The notes beneath the pieces were generated by a model that was given only the letters and a program-made list of their open reading frames with translations, did not search any database and was not told the origin of the DNA. From positions 40,926-104,925 of the forward strand of contig NMRA01000446.1 of assembly GCA_002633005.1 (NCBI GenBank): DNA of 64,000 bases, given 5' to 3'. Within the stretch, counting starts at the first letter, position 1. Each line of letters begins with the position of its first letter. The DNA comes from Phoronis australis. Taxonomy: Eukaryota > Animalia > Phoronida. The translations under genes were made by a program, and so were the position numbers. Shown here piece by piece: positions 51,853 through 64,000 of the stretch.

Positions 51853-52669
51853 TTAACTGCTAGTTTGATACTAAAAGACCTATTTGTTTATGGACCACAG
51901 CGTTTGCGCGCGCGAAACCTTTTTTGTAATGCTTATAACATGTTTTACATTTTGAGCAATCAGTTCGTTACAAATTTGTTGTATTTAAAATAGTCTTCAA
52001 TTGCCCAAAAGATCAAATCCGTTTTTTGTGTTGGCAATAATGACGCGATTGTTTCGGAAATCGTCTTGAGTTAATGTTTGACGAAGAGAGAATTATGAGT
52101 TTCTGAGCGATTCACTAAGGCTTCGATTAAAATTGACATCTTACCAGCAGCTTCCGTTTTTTCATCATCACAAAGATTCCATTTTCATTAAAAAATGAAG
52201 TAATTTTCTTCATTGCACAGTGGAGCAGACGACGGAAACAGAGTCGTAGTGCCTAGCGCCACTGCCGGTCGCCTGAGATATCGCGGGAGAGCCTATACTT
52301 GGCCATAGTTTCGTTACGATTGCGCCGTGTTCCGAATTTGACACGAAATTGGATCTGAGGAACCCCATAGAGTATGGGAGAGGTGTCGGATGCGACAAAA
52401 CGTGACAATTTACTTTGAAGACAATGCGTAAGAGGGATACAGAGAAGACTCCGTGGGAGCTATGTCGAAGAAAAGTTCACTTACTGTGGCAATCACTCAC
52501 GAATTTGACAGGAGTTCCCGCCTTGTCGCGGCGGTGGAACGGCGCCGAAGCACCGTGGGCCTTCTCCTAAGACTCAACAAGCGATTTAACCGCTAGCATA
52601 AGACGTCTGGGCGACGGGGTCTGTCAGAGATGGCTTAGCCAGTTCATCGAAGACGAGTTCGAATCAGCT

Positions 52670-52930
52670 GAATGGTAACTGTATGCCCAAAAGCTATGTA
52701 CAAGATGAACGAACTCTTAAGAACATCATCTATAATAATGTTAAGAGTTGCCAAACTAAAAACAAGCAATATACATGTAATTATTTATTACAAGAAGATG
52801 AAGACTTCTAAATTGGTGATGAAAAATAACATTAGTCGTGGTAACTTCGCACTGTTGCTAGATGTTAGCCTATGTTCTTTACGATTTCACTTGTCCCGCG
52901 GTCAAATGTGCTTTCTTCCTCAAGAGAAAC
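52670..52930 (+). mobile_element. Penelope-like element remnant (region between RT and GIY-YIG)
   Basis: Frameshifted MPKSYVQDERTLKNIIYNNVK / IHVIIYYKKMKTSKLVMKNN / YVLYDFTCPAVKC, resembling the PLE linker and the start of the VVYxFxC motif. Confidence 0.6.
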
Positions 52931-54097
52931 AAACTTGGGCACACGATCTACTAAACTTTCAATTTGCAAAATGGCTCTATAAAAGACCATTTTCTAAACG
53001 CTGACGTCAGGATATTGTTGACAACACAGGCATTCGCTACGAATATCAGAGTCGGTTGTGATGCTATAGCAGTCGTTCACTAGCGGCGTAGGGTTATCTG
53101 TTGAGTGGTCGATCCATAAAAGGCAGAATAGATCAGTCTTGACCAACGCGACCCCAGGGTTCAAGGATAAGCGAGCCTCTCATTGTCAAGCTTTTAGCCA
53201 GATCAATTTACTGAAATACCACACTGCAGGCTCAGCTGATAGTGTTTTAAGGGTTGATTCCAGTGCCGGTAAACAACGATTAGAGGTCCTGCTTTAACTT
53301 GGAATAGGCTGCAAGAATGTATGTGGTAAATCAAGCATTCTCTGATGAGTTAAAATACCTTGTAAACGATTTTTCAGTTCTTGATCCACCCGTTAATGCA
53401 CTGAACACATCAGGCCGATGGTGGAAGGGTAGCTGTGCGGCCACATTGACGGTGGTGGAAGGCTTGTAGGGTATCAGCAAGCAGGGCCAGTCCTAGCCCG
53501 CACATAAAGCAGGTGTCACAGCCCACGAAGACCAGCAGTCCGTAGACTGAACGCCGCATTAGGCCAACGCAACGGTGGTGCTAGTTGCTGGCCATCAGGA
53601 CGGCAAATACGTAGCCCGCAGAGCGCAGCCCCCACCATGACGTAGGGCCAGGGCACACACGCCTTTGGTGGCACGGCCTTGCAGGGGTGGCACGGCGCCA
53701 GCAACTTGCCTGGACCACACACACACACACAGGCAGACCGCAGAGGGCGGTGGCAGAGTTCACTCTGGGTTTGACGGTGTTCACATGTGGTCTGTAATAA
53801 GCCTGGTAGATAATTGGCCTGTCTGTTGTCATAACAGACAAAAGACTGTGCTTGGCAGTTAACAAAGAAGCTAGTTGTTATCACACACGCAGAACCCCCT
53901 TCGTCTGGTAAAGTCACTGAACAGGGAAACCCTGTCATGTTATAAATCTGATGATAGTTCGTTGTAACCACAATAGAGTTCCATACATTAGGTAAAATCA
54001 AGAGTTCGTTGCAACACAATAGAGTTCCATACATCAGGTAAAATCAAGACCTGGAAGTTAGTAGGGTAGATCATTTATTCTTCGCATGCCTATTCAA

Positions 54098-54350
54098 AAT
54101 GCATAGGGGGTAATAAAACAATTATCTTGTCAGCCAGCACCATAAACCCTTTGTTAAGGTGTGTTTACTTACACAAGCCAACTGGCACAGTTGCATTCTC
54201 AGAGCAGTGTTCACAAAAAACAATTTTCACTGATCTTGCATGTCAATTTCAAAAAACCTAATTGGTGTGAAGGACACTCATGATTAACAACAATCAGAAA
54301 AATTCTCAGCCACTATGAGAACTAATTACCATCAACAATCCCAGAATGAC
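54098..54350. repeat. dispersed repeat family B, copy 1
   Basis: Direct similarity to 58810-59060 (GGGGTAATAAARCAATTATCTT.TCAGCCAG.ACCATAAA...GTGTTTACTTACACA). Confidence 0.8.
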
Positions 54351-55908
54351 TCCTAATGTTCTGAACAGGATACATTGTGTTATGCACACCTATGCAATGT
54401 GTATGATAATACATAAATCATTTATCTTACAACACATAACAATTTGATCACATTAACAACAATTAACAAAAAACAAGTGTGTACAGGAGTTTTCAAAATA
54501 AACTAACTGTGAGAAAATGCCAAACTTGGACGAACATTTTGCCAGACATATTTCGCAATTTAGTCACACATTTAAAGCAAAAAAGCAATTGTCATTTTTG
54601 TTGAACAGAGTTTAACGAGGCTATATCATCTATCCAGCAATTGTTTATTTGTATATAGACTAGCAAGGTAAGCTACTGCAATTCAAGAAAATGGTCATGG
54701 AGCCCCACCCCTTCCAAAGATTTGTTAAGAATTTGGCCAAAATTGAAAGATGAAAAATAATAGACATTACTCGTGCACCTATTTTCAAATTTCTACGCTG
54801 TCCAGGTTATTTTGAAAACTATTGTACAACTACATGTCTTCAAAAACTTTCTGAGTTAAAGAAAATCATACCGCAACTAAATTTAGTTGATGGCATATTA
54901 AGATGAGTAAATGACAAAAATAAAATTTACAAAAAGTGTATTCACTAATTAACATTGTTTACAGTGTACAACTATCACAAACCAAAGTTTGGTAAACAGT
55001 TGACCATTTGTAGCAATTTCACCAGCCTTTGAAACATATAAACACGTCAGATTTAAGGATCTACCAAACTGAAGAATTTTCCTGTATTTTTCATGAAGTA
55101 CACAATAGTATCACTCCTAAATAGTTATTGCACGAGCTTAATTTGATAACAGTGACTTACAGGGGACCTGGATTCTGAGAACCAGTTTCCTCCACTGAAC
55201 AATGGGCATCTAACTGGTTATCAATAAACCGTGACCACCGGAAATGACTACTACGGCAACAAACCAGTGTGTAAGCAGTAACACTTTTCACACATAGTAC
55301 TAAGATAGAAAATTACAAATGGTCAACATAATCCCAGAGGTGATCCACATGATAGATGATGATAAATTCTATTAATTTCACAGTCTTGCCAGCATGGCAC
55401 GATCTTAGACATGACCAGTTTGCCCATCTATAGGAAAATGCACTCTTAATCATTTGGGATAATTATGCAATGTCATGTCCAACGAGGTTTCTCCACAGAA
55501 ATACAGTAAATCTGATATCACTTGGTCGATGATTGATGAAATATTTGTTCAATCACTGCATGTCCATTTATCGGATGGCAATGTGAAATTCTACTACCTG
55601 ATTATGAAATTGCGTTGCCCGTCATATTATGTCCTAAGTTGGCGAGATTTTACCATCTCACTTGAAATAATCAATATTATTTACGTATTTGACAATGTGA
55701 AAGTGACCTGCAGTGACCATGGGAGTGTGAAATTGTGAACCTCTTTAACTGTAGTCTGTGGCATTTTGTGGCACAAATTGAAGGCTATGACAAACTTTCT
55801 CCAGACACGAAGAGAGTTGCTTGAGTGCCTTAAGTTCCATCAGGCCGTTGAGAAATCTAATGGCTGTATAAGACATGAGTATAGTTGTCCACAGGCTGTT
55901 CAATACTA

Positions 55909-55982
55909 TCACGAATGGCTCATCATGTCAATAAGTGAGTTCCCATTTAGAATGTTCGTTGTCGCAATAAGAAACCTGTAAC
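55909..55982 (-). CDS. VPS33B: vacuolar protein sorting 33B, last coding exon
   Basis: TTTTAG acceptor; (G)YRFLIATTNILNGNSLIDMMSHS*, compared with human [21 protein letters not shown]. Confidence 0.92.
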
Positions 55983-56270
55983 CTAAAAACAATAAAAAAG
56001 TAAAACTGAAGCAATAATTCAGCAACTATCACCAATCCAATTTAGTCAATGTATTACCTATAAAGGAATTACTGTTCAGTAAAGAGTCATTGGCCATTCA
56101 GGACCAGCATGCTATTGATTCTCTGAATAACATGCAGAGCTCAGTCACCCTACACGTATGGTGATAACCAACTTACTATTCCCTGTATTTCTTGCTACTA
56201 TCACTTCACCACATGGATGTAACCTCAGACTGGTATGTCGACATGTGGTGTCTTACTGTACATGTATATA

Positions 56271-56304
56271 CCCTGATGATGTCTAATGAATAGACGAAAC
56301 ATCG
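56271..56304 (+). ncRNA. Penelope-type minimal hammerhead relic in the VPS33B last intron (antisense to the gene)
   Basis: CTGATGA-T-GTCTA atgaa TAGAC-GAAAC-ATC: intact core boxes and 5-bp stem II; stems I and III are degenerate. Confidence 0.55.
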
Positions 56305-56789
56305 AATGAATATGAATTTTTTTATTGGAGCAGGAATTGTTCGTTTTTTAATGTTACTAGTATGTTATTGTGTTATGTTACATAGTATGTTATTGTTTGC
56401 ATGAAACAGTTTATATTTATTTCCTGTGATTTAATGAAGGACAAAAAAGGCTCAACATTTAATGAAGAGTTTATTTTAAATAAACCACAATGAGTAAAAC
56501 CGGCGGGTAATGCGGGTAAAAATGTTAGTTTTACAATGAGCTGGAGCTACCACTGACATCCACCCCTGTTCCCTAAGCACAAAACAAAGGAAGCCAGTCA
56601 TAAAAGTTGAAAACGCTGCGATTTGTGGCTATTCAAATCCCCAACCCTAAGAAGCATTCGGAGTTGTAGGTTAACAAATAAAAGCCAGTATCTCACGTCA
56701 CAGAGGAGAAATAGAATGTTGTCAGATTATTTTTGGCTGCATCCAGGAACTTCAACATCAGAACATATTTTGATCACTCATTTCCTTAC

Positions 56790-56906
56790 CTTTAGTTTTT
56801 TCCAAAAACTTGAGAGCTGCCCTTTCAGAATACGTACAGCCCCCAAAGAAATACACAAGCACGACTCTGGATGATAATGATGTCATAGGTGATCCTTGAG
56901 CCCGAC
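56790..56906 (-). CDS. VPS33B: VPS33B exon
   Basis: AG/GT bounded, phases 1/1; RVVLVYFFGGCTYSERAALKFLEKTK (Sec1-family FLGGCTFSEISALRFL motif). Confidence 0.95.
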
Positions 56907-57638
56907 CTGTGTGCAAAGCAAAAGGTATTCGGTATCTAATCAATGCTGACAGCTCTCCAATTAAATCACCATGGAAACGACAATAGCAATTGGTTGATTT
57001 GTAATTTTCCTTGAATTTTTAACAAAATCTAAAGAGTGCCTACATTACCATGAAGTGTTTTACAGAAAAGAAATTCGAAAGTTAATGAAACACTAAAACA
57101 GAATTTAAAAGTAGCTGCAGTCAAACAACGTAACAACATGTTGCACGAAAAGTGATTTAAGTCTGAAATTAAGTCTTGCACTGCACACAATTATTTTGGA
57201 AAAAATAATTAAATCTCACTTGAGCAAAACTGCAGTCTCTGAAAATAACTGCCAGCTCATGAGATAATTTCATTTATTATTTGTAGACTGCGATGTGCTC
57301 ATAATTACTTGGCTAAACCTTGACTCGTCAATTATGAAGTGGCTGCGTCAGATCAAATTTTCTGTCATAAGTTTTATATCACGTTTCCAGACACAGACCT
57401 GGCTGGTTTATAACCTCTTCTCACTTATAACATCGCATGCCAACTGTGCTATATACAAGATAATTTGGTTACAAATGGAAGAAAACACTTTAGAAAAATC
57501 GCAGGAGTTCACATAGTATGCACATAATAACTGTACTATGACACTTTGCACCACAGAGAATCAGTTTAAGTCAACGATCAATGCTATAGTTGGCACTTCG
57601 TGAAATTTGCAAAAAGAAATTGCTTTAAAAGCTCATAC

Positions 57639-57834
57639 CTTTTGCTGAAGATGGTCTCAATTTTGACATGGTGACCCCTGGTAAGTTCTTCGTCACCTCA
57701 TCCATGCCCTCTGTTGTGCCCCGAAGGAGAACTTGTTCGATGAACTTACAGCTCAGGGGTGTGTACGCACCGCTGAACACATATGACATGTCATTTGGAT
57801 TCTGTAGGCTGATGTTCTCCGCAGACTTGGGGAT
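57639..57834 (-). CDS. VPS33B: VPS33B exon
   Basis: AG/GT bounded; IPKSAENISLQNPNDMSYVFSGAYTPLSCKFIEQVLLRG... (human [22 protein letters not shown]). Confidence 0.95.
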
Positions 57835-58809
57835 CTAAAATACCGGATTGCGTTGGTTGGAATTTTACCGATCAAAGAAAAGTCACGGCACGCAATTTTG
57901 GAAATATTGCAGTTTTCAAAAATTAAAGTTAACAGTACTTCTTCTTGTTGAAAAGTGCTGAAATTTTTAACCAAAACTTTTCTGCAAATTTTCATACGAT
58001 TCTATGAACATTTTTACTTTTTGCCTAAACTCCTAGGTTTTTTTTCCATAACTCTGACAAAGTCCAAAGAATTTTGACAAAAATGATGTGAGCATGTTTT
58101 AAAACTGCATTATAGAAATAGAACACAATATACTAAGAAATAGAAAGTTACATGAGTCCAATGTTGAGAGAAACTAAGTGATAATAAGTGAATAGTTGTC
58201 ATGATCATTTCAAAATGTCTGAACGTGTCTGTGGCTGAACAGTCTTAAGATGGAAACCAGACTAATGCTATTGCTAACCTCTGTAGAGTCAAAACATCAA
58301 CTTACACTGTATTTTGGGTAAACAATCAAAAATATTGTTTTAAGGCAACACGTGTGCTTTTTAAAGACCAATAAAAGTGGTGAAAAAAATATCAAGTCAC
58401 TGAATCTTCAGAAAAAGCAGGCTGCTCATTTTCTTCTATACTCAAAAGTATTTCAGAATCTCTTTGATTTGAGAAACTCCCGACCATTCTCAATGGGTTA
58501 ATATGACACAGAGATATTAGTAAAATCTCATAAATTTGGACAAAAACTTTCTCGTTTCTCAAAAGCTTTTAACATAGTTGAGAATACCCACAACTACTCA
58601 AGACCTTGTCTGATATCAGGCTAAATTTAAAACTGGTGAACTATTCATTGTAAAAAGACTTCACTGAATCGGAAAAACTGGTAATGACACAATTTCACCT
58701 ATCCACCATATTGTGTCCTGAATTGGTGACATTTTACCAACAAGATAATCAGAAGCGTCACTGGTGATGAAACACGCACAAACCATCATTCCAGGCTCAG
58801 CTAATCAAG

Positions 58810-59060
58810 AATCCATGTGGGGTAATAAAGCAATTATCTTCTCAGCCAGGACCATAAAGCCTTAGTTAAGCTGTGTTTACTTACACAGGCTAAATGGGAC
58901 AGTTGTATACTAAGAGCAGGATTCACAAACAAGTGCTTTCATTGACTTTCCAGGTCAATTTCAAAATGCCTATTGTCTGTGAACGTCACTATGATTAACA
59001 AGCCTCCGCAAAATTCCAAGCCACTATGCCGACCAGTTACGCCCTCCAAGCCCAAAATGA
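58810..59060. repeat. dispersed repeat family B, copy 2 (VPS33B intron)
   Basis: Direct similarity to 54098-54350. Confidence 0.8.
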
Positions 59061-59256
59061 GCAAATAATGATTTTATGAATTTCAACACTGGTCATTTTA
59101 ACAAGAACTTGACCAGATCTTACACTTAGTGGACAGTCAGTATTGAAATAACCTGCCTTATTTAAATGATGCAATAATCAAAATGTTATGCACAGGTTGA
59201 CAAAGCATTACAGCAAATACGAAAGATGGATTGAAATAAAACAAGCACACACACAC

Positions 59257-59427
59257 CAGATTCCATCTTTTACAGACAGCCTGGAACGAACTTTTTTTCG
59301 GCAAAGCAGCAATGGCAGCCATTTTTCCTAGAGGCTTTCCTGATGGGGCGACCTTCTGTTCTTGCTCCGTCAGAAGCCCCAACTTTTTTAAATTAAAAAA
59401 TGTGATGAGGTGCTCAAAGCCATGACT
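59257..59427 (-). CDS. VPS33B: VPS33B exon
   Basis: AG/GT bounded, 171 nt; SHGFEHLITFFNLKKLGLLTEQ...LPKKSSFQAVCKRWNL (human [22 protein letters not shown]). Confidence 0.95.
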
Positions 59428-60264
59428 CTGCAACAGATGAGATTAACTCTAGAATAAGATGCTGACAAAGCAAACAAGTGCAAGTTTTATGAAAAAAAAA
59501 ATTAAAACGATACGAAACCCATTTTTGGCTTGTTAAAAGATACTAAAAACAGCTTTCCCATCCTGTTCTCTGAAACAATATAATGCTCTGTAACCTTTGA
59601 CAACCCTCAAAATTTGGAGGAAAATTTGAAAACTCCTTTTAAAGTCTGCTAAACCGGCAAGCGTGACTTACACTCTTAGCGAATTACATGGCAACTTTGG
59701 GAAAAGATGACTCATCAAGGACCGTCCAATCTATGACAGGGAGTGAAAATTTGTAGTCGATTCCTGCCTTTAACTTGGAAGGATGACGCTAGTGACCTCT
59801 ATAAACAAGGCAGGTCAACTAACTATGCCTTCCTACAGAAACCAAACATTATTGCTTCAGGAAACAAAATTAAAATATAAACATTATACAACATGTTGCG
59901 ATGCAATGGGAGACTTTCAGTAAGCAATAGGGGTATATCGCGTGGGACCGGAGACTTATATCCCCACCTAGCTGTACCAGGAGGTACTTTGTCTTCGCAG
60001 CGGCTGGAATAGGAGACTTTGTGAAAAGACCCTTTTATAGTGTATTTGATTACACGGAATATGTTTTAAACAAATGTTATAAAACACCTCTTCGTCCTCT
60101 AAAGGTCACTGGTATCTGGTCCCACGTGACCAGTCGCCAAGTTGCTATTTGAAAGTCTCTCATTTCTACCATCTCTTCATTTCTAAATGTTTCCTGTCAT
60201 TGCAAACACATACTTATTAGGATATCTTTCACAGAAATGTCTGATTCATGAGAAAATGTCACAC

Positions 60265-60431
60265 CTGTAAAAAATAAGTCTTCATGGCTGAATAGACGGT
60301 GGGCTGCAAACCTCCCTGAGTTAAAGACATCAAACAGAGAAGCCTAAGACAGGTGGATCTGTCTTGTTGACAGTTGATGTGATCTTCAAGATACTGCAGT
60401 ACACCTTTGGTATCGCTATTTTCTAGGATAC
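60265..60431 (-). CDS. VPS33B: VPS33B exon
   Basis: AG/GT bounded, phases 1/0; ILENSDTKGVLQYLEDHINCQQDRSTCLRLLCLMSLTQGGLQPTVYSAMKTYFLQ. Confidence 0.95.
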
Positions 60432-60802
60432 CTGCAATTCAACAATTTTTGGTGTTAATCAGCTCCCATAAATGCTAAGAGTAATCAGACAAAATGGCGC
60501 ATACCTTTCTCATGCCAAGTGAGCACCACCATAATTGCTACATAGACTGTAGCAGGAACTTTTGAAATTGGGCTCCCCCGAGCACAGGAAAGTTTTCCCA
60601 TTATCAGTATATGGGCTTGTTTTCTGAGCCGCCATTAAAAATTCCTGCTATTTGTAGGGTGAACAGTGTCAAACAAAACAAGGCTTTATGAGAAATAGGA
60701 CAAAATGTATTTCAGCAGAGGAAGCTCTCGACACTCTGGGAAAATTTACTAGGCATTCCACAGCGATAGACATTCGTTGCTAAGTGGTAACAGAATACAT
60801 AC

Positions 60803-60877
60803 TGTGTTCAGTGCGCAACTGTTCTTCAAAATCGCCCTTATTCTTATTCTTTAATATCACTTCACACGCTCCAATAT
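60803..60877 (-). CDS. VPS33B: VPS33B exon
   Basis: AG/GT bounded, phases 1/1; HIGACEVILKNKNKGDFEEQLRTEH (human [25 protein letters not shown]). Confidence 0.95.
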
Positions 60878-61314
60878 CTACAAAGAGAGAAACTCAAGTC
60901 AAGTTGGGTGAACTGCCCAACAAGTTGCTCGTAACTTATAGTGTAAACTGATGAAGCTTACTAAAAAAAACTGTTTACTTTAGACGAGCAAAAAGAGAGA
61001 GATTACATAATAGTCTAACAACACACAGTCTGTCACCATACCCCCGAAATAATCAGCAAGTGGTTTTTAGCTAAATAACCCTGATTCGAAGAAACAAAAC
61101 TATTATTTAAATAGTAAAATAGTTTGGTATCAAGTAAATGTAAAGTTCGAGATCAATGATAAAATAAATAGAACACACGGCCTTTAATCAGTAGCTAAAC
61201 ATCAAAACAAGGACAGCCAATTCAAAATCCAACAGTGATCTGAGAGGTTGACAGTGAATCTCCTGAAACCGAACTTCAAATCGTTTTAAGTAAAGATCAT
61301 AGGTGAAGACTCAC

Positions 61315-61408
61315 GGGTAGTCAACGATTTATGTTGACTTTTCAGCCCCCTCAAGTCATTTGCAACGAAGTCTTTCATGGCAGTGACGCTGGTCAAATTA
61401 TCTTTTTT
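61315..61408 (-). CDS. VPS33B: VPS33B exon
   Basis: AG/GT bounded, phases 0/1; KKDNLTSVTAMKDFVANDLRGLKSQHKSLTT. Confidence 0.95.
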
Positions 61409-62588
61409 CTGTAATACACACATAAATGTTAAAGTAGCTGTTTTGTTTGCATGCTCTAAACTAAACTAACAAGAAACAATTATTAATAACAGCTTATTAT
61501 TTAAAATGACTTATTCTTATTAAAATGACATTGGCAAGAAATTGAATTTCAGGCCTCAAATGTGGGGCGCCTATATTAATATAGTGGGCCTCACTACTGA
61601 GACCCAAAATTCAATTTTGACTATTAGCTGTTTAATGCTATATAACATATCACTTGCTAATCATGATGCAGCTGTATTTCATAGATAATTTCTAAAAGTA
61701 AAACAAAAACTCTGTAAACAGATGACATTACCCTTACAGTAGCTGAAGGAAGGCACACATAGACCTCATTGTGCAGTGTTATACAGTAGCTTGCGGGCAC
61801 ACATAGACCTCATCGTGCAGTGTTATTTCCAAGCACCATGTCATGGTACTTACTAGACATGGTTCGGTGATCTGTGGCAGATCACTTTTGCTAGAAAATT
61901 TCTTTTTAAAAAACACTTTTTGTGCCACTTTATATACACACATTGTTGTAGTTTGTTGTACTTCTGACTTGATTGGCTGAATAATCACAGAAACGAGTGA
62001 TAAGTCTGATGCGAATTCTATTTTAAAGCCACAGAACACCCGAGCACAGCGGGTGTACTCCAATGATTATTATGTTACAATATTTTTTGTATCCAATGGC
62101 TGGTGCAGTTTGGTTTTGCTTCCGTCAGGAGGAAAGCCAGTCAACACCTCTGAAGTTGAAGGTAAATTACAAACAGTTTTTCAGTCTTCCAGAGTTCTGC
62201 AATGTCAACATTGGCATTTCCTGCATGCAAAACACATCTTAAATTTTGACGTGTGACATTGCAGGTTTTGGGGTTTCACGAATTTTGTAACTAGTTATTT
62301 TGTCTATAGATAAGTTTGTTTGCATTCAGTATTTATTTTGATAAATGGTTTTTATGAAGCTATGGTTGCACTTGATTGAATCCGTCAGGTGAACTGGCTT
62401 AGGCATCTGATTGGTGTGCAAACAGAAGACTATCGAGAATCAATCATGTGTCTTAACCAGTTGACCCACAAGAACCATCTTAGTCAATCAAGAGCAACCA
62501 AGTATGTTTTGAACAACCATTTCACATTAGAACAATGACATAATGTATTAATAAAGCCCTAGTGATTAACAGATACAGTTATACTTAC

Positions 62589-62675
62589 TGCATAACCTTT
62601 TTGTAGCTTTTTCGCCTCTGAGCTCAAATATCCGAAAACATTTGTGAAATGACGATGACGGATTTCCTCGAAGGT
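62589..62675 (-). CDS. VPS33B: VPS33B exon (most 5' one identified in the window)
   Basis: CAG/GTAAGT bounded, 87 nt; TFEEIRHRHFTNVFGYLSSEAKKLQKGYA (human [29 protein letters not shown]). Confidence 0.95.
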
Positions 62676-64000
62676 CTGGAAGCATTATGGATTATTTGAG
62701 TGATAGCAGTGGGAAGTGACCGAGGACCAAAAGTAAAGTGTTAGGAATATTTGTAGAATTAAAGCAATTAAAATTAAAAGAAATAGACTGTTTTAATGTT
62801 CATTTATTTTAAGGGCAGCCAGGTGTCACTAAAACAGCATGTGTGTCAATGCAATTGCAACTCATGCCAAATGATGTCGTATGGATATCGTAAGCTATTG
62901 TTTAACTTGTGAGATCCATTCGACAGGTGGGAGCGCTTCACATGGTTATCACCTATGGGACGCTACCATTCTTTTCCTTTGTTGCGTTTTTGTTGAATAT
63001 AACAACACAGGTGGCACAGATATCGTACCTTGGGCGCCCATCAGCTGATAACCGATAAATGCTTACCATTCTTTTATTACAAGAAAGAAAAACAACAAAG
63101 AGAATAATAGATACGCCTATCTTCCGATATTTATGCGAGGAGCTTGTGCCCTAGTCTCCTGTGGATATGATTGCCAATACAAGTCGTGTCAGAGAACTCT
63201 GAGGAAGCTAGAACTGACAAAAGCCAGAGATGTATTCAATAGCATTGGCATTAAAGAAACTTTGCGGTCAACATGCACAAATTTTAAATAAAAGTCAAAT
63301 ATTCACAAACATTAACTGCTTTTCCCTTTAAAGCCATAAACCAAGGCCAATTTCAGACTAAGTTTAGAATAACCAAAGATTGCAGCAATACATTTAATAA
63401 CTAGCTGCAAAAGCAACAGATCTACTCAGGTCTACCCAGCTACACCAAGATTGTACGTGTACACAAGCTGAGTTTTACTATTTTAGATGCATTGGGCTAA
63501 CCAGATAGTCCTAGCAATAAGAAAACGGGAATTTAATCGCTCAAACATAGGCCTGTTGCCATATTTCGTAGCCGGGAGATCTCAGCACAAACAACAAAAG
63601 GCCGACAGCAGTTGTATTGAGTAGGTGTATGAATAGAACACAATGGGTGTTCTTCGCAGCTGTTTTAATTAAAAGGTGATTCTCGAGGTGACATAGAAAA
63701 AAGAAAGCCAATACGCCTAACTGTTCATTACATTTGGCAATTTATGGCACTGTTGGGCTCAGAGGGATGCTGTGTAAGTACCATGTTTACAACCTTTAAA
63801 GTTAATGTTAAAAAGTGGCTGTAATTTACTTAACCTTTTATACCCTGCCTATCTTAATCATGTCATTTTTTCATTGTCGTAAATACTCTCATTGTCTAGA
63901 GTCATCTCTTAATTTATTTCATCTGTCTTAGTTATTTTTTTACCATTATTTGTCATTTAGTTATTGTCTTAATTCTCAACCTTAACTGTTTTAATTGTAT

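Noticed and set aside
53516-54034. 172-aa ORF, the longest in the track
   Set aside because: Non-ATG start, crosses a tandem duplication and a (GT)n microsatellite, no motifs; openness is explained by local GC richness
62676-64000. further upstream VPS33B exons
   Set aside because: No segment with clear VPS33 similarity and matching splice phase found by eye; probably outside the window

Overview
AT-rich genomic DNA from an animal, probably a marine invertebrate, judged from the spliceosomal introns and the Academ/Kolobok/hAT5/Harbinger/CR1/Penelope repeat mix. It is not prokaryotic, and almost all ORFs in the supplied track are spurious. I reconstructed three minus-strand protein genes by hand. 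(1) The 3' half of VPS33B: 8 GT-AG exons, 55909-62675, with the 5' part not found in the window. (2) An unnamed ~226-aa, three-coding-exon, Cys-rich multipass membrane protein (39562-41513). (3) A >=221-aa ORF running off the left edge (665->1), absent from the ORF track, whose coiled coil resembles the Largen(PRR16)/INSYN1 family. The ~38 kb between genes 2 and 3 and the ~14 kb between genes 1 and 2 are transposon graveyards with nested insertions. The most unusual structure is a 1.33-kb TTAA-flanked Kolobok-type fold-back element built from two inverted copies of the same terminus, each carrying the start codon of a THAP-domain transposase. Also notable are an Academ element splitting a LINE with an exact 3-bp TSD, a 33-bp minisatellite apparently born inside a MITE, three Penelope-type minimal hammerhead relics and several spacer-less palindromes. 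All assignments are by eye; no database search was run.
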